Of a DNA stretch of 45,952 nt, positions 24,074 through 36,200 are shown piece by piece. The notes beneath the pieces were generated by a model, which made no database searches, was not told the DNA's origin, and was given only the letters and a program-made list of their open reading frames with translations. The position numbers and the translations under genes were made by a program. Positions within the stretch are counted from its first letter, which is position 1, and each line of letters begins with the position of its first letter. The DNA is from Craspedostauros australis (lineage: Eukaryota). The stretch lies in the NCBI GenBank assembly GCA_030167865.1, contig JALAGF010003208.1:1-45952 (forward strand). Direction: 5' to 3'.

Positions 24074-27003
24074 CACTTTGTTATCTTGTGCCCAAGGCAC
24101 AAACAGGCACCCTTTTGGATTCCCAAATGCAAAGATTACTTCTTCGCGCCCTCTCCCTCTCTCTCGAACGATGGTGGGGTTCCAAGATGCTGTTGCAAGA
24201 TGATGCCGGAAGATCTCCCCTTCTGTTTTGTGCTACCACAGTTACCGCCGTCGTCGGCTCTTGGATGTTGCTGCTTGACTCTGACTGAGTGTGAAGCTCG
24301 CAATAATGGTATCTGTGTTCCTTCTCTCCGCGGTGACTGTGCTCTTGTCTGCTGTGGCTCCTACCAGTTTGTTCTTGCCATGTCTCCGTGTGAATGAACA
24401 CTCTTGTCGGAGCAACCGCGCGGGTACTCTCCGCTGCCTCTTACAGGCCGTACCACACCGGTACGAATCGGAGCGCGAGAAGGAGTTGGCAGGGGTGTCC
24501 TCTCTCTGTCGTCGTCGTGGCCGATTTTGCTCGTTTCTTGAAACTTCAAATTCCGCACCCACAAACCATTCTTCCCATCGTCTTTCTCTGTGTGTTTCCC
24601 CCTCTTTCCTCACCGTTGTTGTCGTTCTCGTTCTCGCCTTCGTGCTGTTGTCGTGTTGTCGTGTTGCGTGTGCGTAGATGTGTGGCGCTGTGCACACACA
24701 CGAGAGTTTTGTCTTTGTCCGGCTACCTGTGAGGTGTTGTCCGCGACTCTTCCTATGTGACAAGTTTTTTGTCATGACTCGTTCTCATTGCACGACTTCG
24801 CACTCGTTATCCGAACGTTATCTCGACACGAGTTTCACACCTGCCACATGCATTGAGACTTGACGGAAGCAACAAATCCATTCTTGCAGTCTTGTGTCAT
24901 TGCGAACTGACGAATCCCAATCACCCGAGCCGAAGCACATCACGCGAAGGCGGCCGCTTGCGTTCTGGTGCACAACCGGCCTCGGCATCCGCCACGAGGA
25001 GGTCCTGGCACGGAAGGAAGCAGCGAAACGGCGAAGCAACGAAGCAAGGGAGGAAGGAAAGGAGATCGCAGGAGGGAAGGAATTAGTCTGGATTGAATGA
25101 CGACGGCGCTTGCGATGTCTGCGTTCACCTCCCTCCTTGGTATTTATGCGGCAGCTTTCGGCAACCAAACGCGGACGTAACAACTATGGCAAACTATGGA
25201 TGAGAAATGGCATCAGAGCGACAACGTCACTGGACCAGATCTATACCAGTCACACAAGGCATGCCTGTTCGAGCGCGATGACCGACATGTACCAGCCAGC
25301 TCGTACTACAGATCAAGAACACGCTCGAGGATGTTGCCATGTTCGGGCGAGTTGTTCGCAGCTCGCATCCGTGTGTCAAACAAAGAGATCCTCCACCTTG
25401 TATCATAGGTCGTGCTCGTACTAATGCTCGTGCTCAATTCGGCGCCACTCTGGCATCACCATCCGCGAGTATCAGTGGTCTGAACGGAAGCGACGCGCTC
25501 GTGTCTGGATCATCGTCGCCCTCGATGACTATCTCTAGGCGACTATCTGCACGCCTCTGCTGCTCCACTCTTCTCGCACGCAGGAGGCACCAACAATGCA
25601 TAATCGCCGACGTGGAAGGCATCGAAGATGGACACATGGATACGGAAGCATCTCAAACCAACATTGCCATTCGATGGTATTAGGACCATCAGAGTTGGAA
25701 GGATGAGCTATTGCAAAGCGACGGAGAGCATTCAACTAATACGGAACTACGCCGCGCATGGCAAAGGCACGGATGCCGACTCCTCGATTTTCAATGTTCG
25801 GTGATGTCCATCTTGCCTCCGACTCCTCCTCTCTTGGCCAGAGCATGGGCCGTACGCCTACGCATACTCCCCCGCCCCCCGCTCGGCTCTTGCTCGTGTT
25901 CGTGCCTGTACCATGCACCACTCATCTTCTTGTGGCCAAAGGACAAAAGATACTGGTATCACCAACCACGCACAAACTCTTGCGCCACCGAACTGGGGCA
26001 GAAAGGGATTGTTCCCCAAAGATCCATCCCGTGCCATCCGCTGCTCGCGGCGCCAGATTATTGGCAGTAGCCGCGGCGGCCATAGTAGTACTCGTATCAT
26101 CGCCACCATCTCAGTACCCTTCCTCCACCAAGCGCTGTGCGGAGTTGGGTACAGAATCTTGTGGAGTGCTTGTCGAGAACAAGGTTACCCAAGATTGCAA
26201 AAACTTCTTGGTTGCGGCGAGTTTTTCTCGACATCTTGTTTGACGCTAAAAAAACACGATTGGATCCTTGGCAGTCGTGGATTATTGGTTTCGATTTCTG
26301 GAAGGCCTTTGAAAGTACCTTTCAACCAGAACAAACGACTCAATCGAGCGGTCCTCGCACAACGCAGTCTGGAAGTCATCCGTTCAGAAGTAAGTGGTAA
26401 ACGAGTAAAAACACGACAAAAGCAATCAATCCGACACCGGGAAGAAGCCAGCAAATGCAGGAACGACGATAGCCAACTGGAACGACAACCGCGCCAACAG
26501 CAATCGTTTCAAGAAACGGCACAACGACCTTGGTGGTGAGGTACGGGACGATGGTGGCGACGACAACGGCGATACCAACCATGGCGGTTGCGATGATGAT
26601 GATGATGACTATGGCGGTGGAGAGGGAAGGGAGATGAGGGCTTGGGCAAGCGATCCACCGGTTGACGACTCCGCACGTTCTCCGCAGGGAGACGTCTGCG
26701 TTGAGGATCATCGGCGATTGCGGGCTCGATAGCGTGAACTCTCGGGCTCTTTCCACCCGATGATGCCGACCAAGTAGGGTTGGCATTCAAGGCGCTCATG
26801 GAGATGACAGTTGTCCAAATTCTGGAGCGTCTGCACTCAGGAAGACTCACGTTGCGTTTGCATTCTCTTGAAATTCTCGATCGCTGTGTTTCACGAAATC
26901 ATCGTGCACCATACGCAACCATTGCCACTCAAACTTGACTCTTGCGGGCGCACCATAGTAGTAGTAGGAAGACCCAAACAAAAACAAAAAAGAAGCAGCA
27001 ACC

Positions 27004-27501
27004 ATGGTGCGAGTTCCAAAGGAATACGTCGAATGCGACCAGACCGAGAAGGCATACCAGAAGCAGGATGCCATCTTCGTCGCCAAGAAGCGCTCCATCA
27101 CTTCTTCGCGTGACAAGCCAATGCGCTTCGTCAAGAATGTCGGTCTCGGAATCAAGACGCCAGACGCCGCCATTGAGGGAAGCTACGTGGACAAGAAGTG
27201 CCCATTCACCGGAAATGTTTCTATCCGCGGAAGAATCCTCACAGGCCTCGTCATGTCGACGAAGATGAAGCGCACCATCATCGTGCGAAGAGACTACCTC
27301 CATTACATCAAGAAGTACCGTCGTTTCGAGAAGAGACACAAGAACATGGCCGTCCACTGCTCCCCAGCCTTCACCGTCAAGGAGGGAGACATCGTCACAT
27401 GCGGACAGTGCCGCCCACTCTCCAAGACCGTGCGATTCAACGTCGTGTCTCACGAGCCACAGCGCGCCAAGACCGGAAAGAAGTCCTTCCGTGTATTCTA
27501 A
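27004..27501 (+). CDS. RPS11: 40S ribosomal protein S11 (uS17), intronless, 165 aa
   Basis: [63 protein letters not shown] and [14 protein letters not shown] are the hallmark eukaryotic uS17 motifs. Confidence 0.98.
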   Translation: MVRVPKEYVECDQTEKAYQKQDAIFVAKKRSITSSRDKPMRFVKNVGLGIKTPDAAIEGSYVDKKCPFTGNVSIRGRILTGLVMSTKMKRTIIVRRDYLHYIKKYRRFEKRHKNMAVHCSPAFTVKEGDIVTCGQCRPLSKTVRFNVVSHEPQRAKTGKKSFRVF

Positions 27502-28117
27502 GCGTGTTGCAGGAATCGCAAGGAAACAGAATAAAGAGTAAATCAAACCAAACCTACACAAGACTGCACGTTGATCTTCGTTGGCAACGCAACCTCCATT
27601 TCGCCGAACTTGTGCATCCATGCATGATATCGTACACTCATTGTTCGGGCCCAACGTGATGCTCTGTGCAAAGAGCAGACACCAGTGGGCGTGAAGTGCA
27701 GATACTATATCGAAGCCACAAGAGGGCACGATGACACTACACCCTGTGGAAGCGTCAGCACATTACCGAGAGTACATGCATGGATGTACCCTACATACAT
27801 GCATACATACTGGAGTCCTGTATCATCGATCGCAGGATGGGTACACGTACATCTTCTAACTCTGAATTGTCGGAACTGAATAGAGTGCAGTTGCGAAGAA
27901 AGCATGATCCGATCAGTTAATTATATTAGTCGTATAGTAGTACTACAGAGCACACAAGTTAGTTCTGCTCTGCAGACGAGTACTTGAGTTCCACTTGTGT
28001 GTCCGTCTCTGCTTCTGCCTCTGCCTTACCATTTGGTATCATATCATATGATACATACTATTCTAATATAATACGCGTGTCATTCGTACCAATACTCTCT
28101 CCAGAGATGATGCCGTT

Positions 28118-31100
28118 CTATCCGTCATACTTGACGAAGGTGGTTTCGTTAAGGCCGATTTCGGTTGGGTTCGGAGATTGGACGGCATTGAGCCGGACGC
28201 TCGAGACGGTGGAGTGCTCACCACCGTTGGGGCCCGGTGTCATCAGCTTGCGCAACTCGTCGACGGTCAGGCTCACAACCGTGTTCCCGTCCCGGTCCAT
28301 CGTTCGCTGATCGATGGGATTGACGAAGGTGCGATTGCCCGAATCGAAGGTGTGGTGCAGATCGTTCATCTGCGCGTGCAGCCTTGCCTCGGATGATTGG
28401 ATCATGCCCTCCAGCGTAGATGACAACTCCCTCTCACGTTCTGCGGACTCAGAAGCGAGTCTCTCCATCTCGGCCTGCAGGTAATGCACGCGGCCCTTCC
28501 AGTCGTACGCATCGAACTTCGACGGCTTGCCAGCGTCCCGGCTGGAACCGAGCAGACGTAGCATCGTGCTTTGCAGACACCGGTGGAGCCAGTGGGTCGA
28601 ACAGAAGCAATGCTTACGATTGACAGATTCCTGGTCGGGGTAGTCCTTCGACGTGCCCGCATTCAGAAGGAAGAAGATGATGGCGATGAACAGCGCCACG
28701 TTCACGATCACGCTGGACAGGCTCCACCACAGATTGCCGTACTGCTCTCCGCTCGCGTACCCCACGGTCTCCGCCACAGCCCATCCAACCACGACGGTCA
28801 GGGAAAGTCCGAAGAAGAGCATGGATCCGCGCGTAAAGTTCTGATGGACGGCACCGTTCAGCCACCACGAGTTGAATACGTACCCATTGTTGCTCCCGGC
28901 GACGGTCATGTTGTCCTTCTGGCTCAGCAGGTGCTGAAACGACACGAGCTCCGCAATCAGCATGACGCGCGCGCGCCCAAACAGGTGCTGCGATCGGATC
29001 AGGCACTTCTCGTAGCTGTCCGATGCAACCGCGATCAGCACGTTGAGAAGCACCACGGTCACCAGGAACGAGTACAGAACCATCACGAAGATCGAGAAGC
29101 TCGATTCGAAATCATCGCGGTCGAACAGGCCAAAGTCGCCGAGCAGGACGGAATAGGCCCTGAGGTAGTACTCCGATTGCTTGCACTGCGGTTGCCCATC
29201 GGTTCCTGAGGTGTTGGCGCACGAGGTGGGAGTCAGGAGGGTGTAGAACATCTGCGCGAAGGAGACCACCATCGTGAAGAGGATCACGCAGAACCAGATG
29301 ATGTCCCTCGAGATGTTCAGGATCGCGAGGACGAATGTGGCCAGCTGCATGTTGACCGCCTTCATGACGCTCAGCACGCGAAGCCACAGCATGCCCGTGG
29401 TGACAGCCAGAAGACCGCGCAGGAAGTCATCGTCGGCGCCCGTCTTGTCGAACTGCGTGAAGTTGTTTCTCATGTAAACGGTGGAAGCCAGCGCTAGAAG
29501 GGCGGCCAGAAGATCCGTGAGGTTCCAGAAGGACAGGAAGTACCGGCGCACTCGCTTGGCGACCAAGCAGAGGCTCACGATCTTGCCAATCTCACGGATG
29601 AGGAAGTAGAAGATTCCGATGTTCGCGACGTAGATCCACTGCAGCACGGATTCGATAGAGCCGCCGCTGATGAGCTGGTCCACAGCTGCCCGGAAACCGT
29701 AGAGCAACACGATGAGGAACACGATGTCACAGAAGATGACGGTGACAGCGAACGGCCTTGAGATCATCTTGTCCAGAACCTTGCGCACCATCTCCATCGT
29801 AGCCACCTCCTCGACTCCGGTGTTTCCAAGCGAGAGCAACGACGGGACGAAGCCAGGAAGTCGGCTGATCTCGATTGCGATGCCGTCACCGTCATTGAAA
29901 TCGGCACTGAATGATGACGTCGATGTGCTCCTGCCGGTCGTTTTCGAAGATTTGGTGCGATCCTGCTGGGATAGATCGGACAGTCGTCTGAGATGTTCGA
30001 CGACGCGATCAGACACATGTTCGTGCTTGCTCTGTAACATGGATGTCATCCACGGTCCGATGGAATGTTCGCACATCATCACTCGTTGCATCACAGAAGT
30101 TGAGAGGGCGAACTCTCGATCGTCTTCGTCATCGATGAGCAGCATGGTCTTGACGAGGTTTGGGATGGACGCAACTGTAAGCGAAATAGTGAAGAAAGCG
30201 CGGTGAAGCGCAGGAAAATGAAACGAGTGCACAGAACAGAATACAGAGTGTGAATGCATCGTTGATAAATGTCGTTGCGGAGTGAGCAAGGATGAAGTTG
30301 TGTTCACATTGAAAACAAGGGTGAGAAAAGCGTTATTTCATAGTCGTTGCAGGTACGATGGCGGAGTGATGGTCAGAGCTGCTGTATCTCAATGTCCAAG
30401 TATGATGGAGCGAACCCACGTTCGACCTTGAACTTACTGGTCTGGATGATGGTATCACTGATGTCGATGGAACCGTACAGGTCCTGGAATGATTTGTGCT
30501 GCGTTCCCGTCGCCCTCAGTTCGGACAGGCGTTCGTCCTGCGGTCTGGATCTTCGACCGTCTGGCCCGCTTTCTGAACCAACTTGATCCACAATGGCGGA
30601 CAGCATCACCAAAGCGTATCGTGCGAACGGGCTCAGCTGCACATCCCGTGGGATGTTGGATTGGCGTTGGTCAGGCCCCTCCGGACTCTCTGATTCCACC
30701 TGTTCGGATTGCTCATTGAGAGGCGGTTCTTCCATATCGTATGATGCAGAGTACGATGGCAACTCGCTGAGCCCTGGCTCGCTTGCAGAGCGCGAAAGAT
30801 TCTTCCCTGCGGCCCTCACCACGGAAATCATGGATGCTGATGTTGACTCGAGCACTTGGGACAGGGTGCTTGTGGCTTTCGGGAACTGGGAGAGCAAAGG
30901 CGCTCTCTGATGTGTGTCCGTCGTGAAGTGTCTAGTGTTGGCGTTCCCGTGACAGGACTTGACCCAGCTGATCAGCACACCTTGGAACGGAATGTGCCCA
31001 GCATCATCGCGGATCATCATGGCACCTGGGTAGTACGGGAGCAGCTCATGCACCACGAAGTCTATCACCTGCTCGTCCGACTTCGAATCCTGATCAAAGT

Positions 31101-32118
31101 AGGCGCCCCGGCGTCTGTTGGACTTTGTGATCCTCATGATGTCCCGGTACACTTCAATGGATTCAGCCAGGTGCTCATTCTGCGACAGCAAGTGCATGGG
31201 GGTCCTGCCCCTGCCATCCGTCTTGGATGCGTAGCTGGAAAGTCTCTTGACACCCTTCTGTCTCGTCAGGGATGTAACTGAAGTGAGCAGCTCTTGAATG
31301 GTGTCCGAGTTGCTGCAGATGTGGTGCAGGTTTGTGGGCATGAAGAAGGCGGAGGCTTCATCACTTAGGCGTCGGCTGCGTTGATCCTGATCTTGATCGA
31401 CAGTGTAAGACTCCTCTTCCAATCGTCTCATCCTGCGTTCTAGCATCTCCTCGAAGTTCTCTTCGGGCTCCTGTGGGAAGACCGTAGACACGAGCCTCAG
31501 CGTGTCCCTATTATCTTGCACGTATCGATCTCTGCTGTCCTCGCTACCATTGTTGTCACTGTTGTTGCTGTTCATGCTTGTGTTCACACTCGTGTTCAGA
31601 TTTGAGCCAATGCACAGGTTGGCGCTGTTGTTGCGGTTGCGGTTGGGATTGTCGTTGTTGCTGGTGTTGATCTGCTCGTCGGTGTCGGCAATGTCGCGGT
31701 TGTTGTTGCTGCTGTCGACTTCTTGATTGCTTGCGCTGGGTCTGGATTTCCTGGATGGGCTGCCGGCAGATCTCTTCGATGGGCTGCATGATCCGTCCCT
31801 GCGTATCATGTGGGTGAAACATGACAATGCCCGTCGTGGGGACGAAAACGGAGATCGGTTTCGAAAATCGGAGGATGAGATGGACTCAACTTCGAACGGC
31901 GCGTCGTTCTCGTTGATGCTGGCGATCGCGCTGTCTTCAGGAGACGCATTTAAGGAGGCGTAAGGGGAGCGCCGTCTCATGTTGGGCGACATCCTTGGTG
32001 ACCATCGCGTGCGGCTGTTCACGCTGCCCGTTTCCAACCCAACCTGTGGCGACACACATCGCTCAGGCGTCCTCAACCCGTCGGCCGCAGCCAACTTGGT
32101 TCGAGTCTGCCCCTTCAT
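28118..32118 (-). CDS. TRP-like 6-TM cation channel, ~1,245 aa, exons 32118-30438 and 30174-28118
   Basis: Ion-transport pattern: YFLSFWNLTDLL (S2-S3), LWLRVLSVMK (S4), DIIWFCVILFTMVVSFAQMFY (S5), pore-like YSVLLGDFG, S6 VVLLNVLIAVASDSYEK followed by TRP-helix-like FGRARVMLIAEL. Ankyrin-like GRTPMHLL and GHIPF in the N-terminal half. Phase-1 intron 30437-30175 (GTAAGT...CAG) restores frame. Confidence 0.8.
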
Positions 32119-33222
32119 GGTGCGCAGAACCGGCGTGTTGTCCTACCTGGCGGGTGGAGCGGTTGTATGGGTGGATTTGTGATGGTGCCGATGCTTTTGT
32201 TTGTGCTTTTGCTTTTGCTTGTGCTTTGTGGCGTTGATGGTTGGAATCAGCAAGATACGTAGCAGCCAATGAGAAGTTCTACGCAGGGCCGTTGGTTTTG
32301 TGGCAATTCCTCTTGGGCGGAGCACCAGTATGATGGAAAAAGGGATTTTGTGGAGCGCCTCCTCCATCAAACGACGGCTGACTGTGGCGTGATGCGTGGT
32401 GTATGGTGTATGGTGTTGGTTGAGTTGTGTTGAATTGTGATGTTCTGTGTTGGCTGCGAAGACTTACTTACGTCTTCAGTGGGAGCATGTGTGTGAGACG
32501 AATCAAATGTCTTTCCTATTCAAAAGCGGTCGTTGGAGGAAAGCATCTATCATGCTCGAATCATGACATACCAAATCATCAAAGCAGGGCACAAAGACAC
32601 ATCTGCAAGGGCCGGCGATCTTCGTCATGTGAGATGGGGTGCGCTCACTTGCAACTTTTTGAATTTAGGCACTCGCGCTTGTTGACCAGTTGTGATCGAG
32701 CCCAGTCGTTAATTTCGAAAAGTTTGCTTATGAATGACATCGTCCTCGCAGAATTGTGTGCCGCCAGCCAAGTTCCGGATTTGCCTCACAACTTGGCAGG
32801 AGCGGACAAAAGACCACAAGAAACGGAAGAACAGCAACCACAGAATCCCCAAACGGAGTGAAACATGTCTGTGTTGTGCCCCTGCCTCCCCAACGATTCT
32901 GGCCAGTTCACGAGCTACCATAGATCGTATAATGCCATACAAGCTCCGAGTACTCGAGAACAGTTCCAAAGGCATGCTCCTTGTCTCTATGCGAGTACGT
33001 ACATATCCTTGTATTGTTTATGCAAGAACAAAACGAGTAAAAATGCTAAACGCTCTTCTGAGTGTATTGTGCGATTCATCGCATGTCTCTGGAGAGAGAG
33101 AGCCTTTGACTTATTTCCATGGCCCTCTCACGCCATCGTCCTCGTGCCGCATTCATCTTCGTTCGCGTACTCTTCTCCGCACCAATACTCATCATCACAG
33201 AGACCTGATCTCTGCGGGACGC

Positions 33223-36200
33223 CTATTGCGCTTTCTGCGGATCTGTTGCCGACTTCGGATTCTGCTGTTGCGCTGGTTTCCCTGAACCAGCGGTAGGTGC
33301 CGCTGCCGCTGCCACTTTTTCGGCCCCTGAAGCTGTATTGTTGGATGTCACCGGTGCAAGTTTGGCCATCGCCTTCTCCTCTTGCTTGCGGATCTCTTCA
33401 TTCTCGCGCTCCACGAACTTCACCACGGAGTCGCACCGACGCTGAATCTCCTGCGCAGATCGAGACTTGAAGAACCAATCGAAGCGGAACTGCCAGGCGT
33501 AACGGATCTCCGTGCGGATGCGTTCCGCGGCGCCAAACCCGTGCTTGTACATCATGCAGACCAGGAACGCATCCTCCTCTTCCTGGTAGGCACGTCCACG
33601 TGCTCCAGACGAACCGTAGTTGATCTTCATCTTGATCCACGAATGCTTGAGCAGCTCCAACGCCGGTGGCACGACGACGTTCTTCTTGTTGCGGAACATC
33701 TCCCCGAAGGTATCCTCCAAATGCCTTTCGACCTTGTCCTGGATGGCATCGCGGATCTGCTGCAGCCTTTGGCGCTTCTTCTCGCCCTTCTCAATCTTCT
33801 CCAGGATCTTCTTCCAGTCCGCGAGCCGACGGTAGTTCGTCCAGAACGTCACGAAGTATCGCTTGATCTCGTTTTCATCCTTGCCCGTCTCGGCGATGAC
33901 ATCCCGCGCAACATTCTTGAAGTGATAGCGTCCGTGTCGCTCCAGGCTGGAACAGAAGGACTTGAAATCTTTGCGAGACCAGTCGGGGAAGCCTTCAGCC
34001 TGCAGCCGTTCTTTCTCCTGCGCCTCCTCCGGTGAAAGTTTGAGGTTGTCGAGCTCGTCTTCCATTTGCGTGGCCAGCATCGTGATTTCCATCGCGGTCC
34101 GCTCGTCTGCCTCTGTGGCGCCCATGCCCGTTCTCACTCCCTTGGCTCTGTTCCGCAGATCTGCGATGTCGCGCAGCTTGGCCTCTTTCTGAAATGCCAG
34201 ATTGCGCTCCCGGTCAGCGATGGCATTCAATCCTTCACGATCGAACAGCTGGAAATCCTGCAGCGAAGGGCCCTTCTTTTTCTTCTTGGCGGCCGCATCG
34301 GCAGCATGCGCCTTCATTCCGCTGGAAGTCCCTCCTCCGGTATTCATGGCATCACGGAAGTACTCGTTGACATCATAATTGCGTTTCCTCTGCCGTTGTG
34401 GGAGATTGATGAAGTTCCCCACGTTCTTTTCTGAGGCACGGTAGTTCTTTCCACCGTACGAGAACGTGTCCATCCCGCTCTCGTCTTCCGCGAGCAAGGT
34501 GAAGTTGGCGAGATCATGCTTGGCGTTCGTTTGGAGCTTGGCTTGCATGGCCTCCGTCTTCTCCTCTCCCCTCGCAATCAACGCATCGATATCTTCATCG
34601 GTGTACGCGCCACCTTTGCCGCTCAGGATTTGATCGGCACCGAAACGTACCATCTTCATCAGATCGTCTTTCTCGAGCGAGGAGTGCTGCTCCGCCAATC
34701 TCCCCTGCTGGATCACGGCAGCATCCAAGAACAGCTTGCGATCGGCTCGTTCGATAATCTTCTCCTCCACGGTCCCCTCCGTGATGAAACGGAACACCTG
34801 AACTGGCTTCTTCTGACCGATACGATGCGCACGGTCCATGGCCTGCAGGTCGACCTGCGGATTCCAATCGCTGTCGTACAAAATCACGATGTCAGCAGTC
34901 GCCAGGTTAATACCGAGACCACCGGCTCTGGTGCTCAGGAGGAAGGCGAACTTGCTCGATCCCTCCTCGTTGAATTCATCCATCTGCGAGTCTCGCTTGG
35001 CACCATCGGTGTTGCCGTCGATTCTGCAGTACTGAAAGTTGACAAAGCGCATGTAATCCTCGAGGATGTCCAGCACACGCGTCATCTGACAGAAGATCAG
35101 CACCCTGGAACCTCGTTCCTTCAACTTGGGCAGGAGCTTGTGGAGGAGCATCATTTTACCGCTGTTTTCCCAAATGTGTGGGCCGTCGTGGTAGGGTGGC
35201 CCCTTTTCGGCACCGTCAAACAGGTAGGGGTGGTTGCACACCTTGCGTAGCTGCATGAGGATGTTGAGCAATCGAACTCGCTCCGGTCCGCCCAGCTTGT
35301 TCAATTCATGGGCATCCTTTCGGAGGACCTTCACGTACCACTCACGCTGCATTTGTGTCAGGCCGATGTACAGCTTCGTCTCCTTCTTCGGCGGGAGCGA
35401 GGTGGCGACATCCTTCTTGACTCGCCGGAGCATGAAGGGACGCAGCACGGTGTGGAGTCGCTTGATGACGTTCTCCTTTCCTGACTCGTCGGAGAGACTG
35501 AACCACGCATCGAACTGTTCGGCGTCACCGAAGATCGCTGGCATGAGAAAGTTGAGCAACGCCCAAAGCTCGCGAAGGTTGTTCTGTGGTGGGTGTACGA
35601 TTGCATTGGATGTGATGACGTAAAAGAGGCCAGAATTGGGTGCAAACACAGCACAAAGTCACATGTTAGAGTGATGTACAGGAGATGACGTGACGTGACG
35701 TGACATGCCATCAATGCAGTACTACAGATGACGGAACAACGATGGCATGCACCATCACCTTCAAGTACAGCGTTCATCACTCATTTTAGTGTTGAGCGCA
35801 ACATTCAACATTCGACATTGCAATGTGAAGCCTAGCACAAAAACGTACCTGGAGTGGAGTTCCTGTGATGAGGAATCGGAATTCGGTGTTCATGATGCGG
35901 ATTGTTCGGCTGAGGGAGGAGTTCTCGTTCTTTATTCTGTGTGCTTCATCGATGATGAGGTAGTTGAAAGGGATCTTGCTGAGCTTGCCCTTCTCTCGCA
36001 GCAGTCCTTCGTAGGAAGTGACCAGGACGTCCCAGTTGAACTTTCCCGTGGTTGGATTGAGCGGCAGGTGGTTATTGATGAAAACCTCGCGCTCTGCCTT
36101 CGTTCCTCCCATGCGAATGGCCTTGATGGAGGGGCACCATTTGCCGAACTCGCGGATCCAGTTACCGACGACACTTTTGGGGACGATGACGATGTGCGGG

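Noticed and set aside
26376..26786. 136-aa minus-strand ORF with hydrophobic stretches, divergent from RPS11
   Set aside because: The hydrophobicity largely comes from reading (GAT)n and GAC/AAC-rich sequence antisense. No family motifs, so not called as a gene.
32119..33222. Short ORFs between the TRP-like gene and ISWI
   Set aside because: No motifs or coding-like composition; consistent with UTR and promoter sequence.
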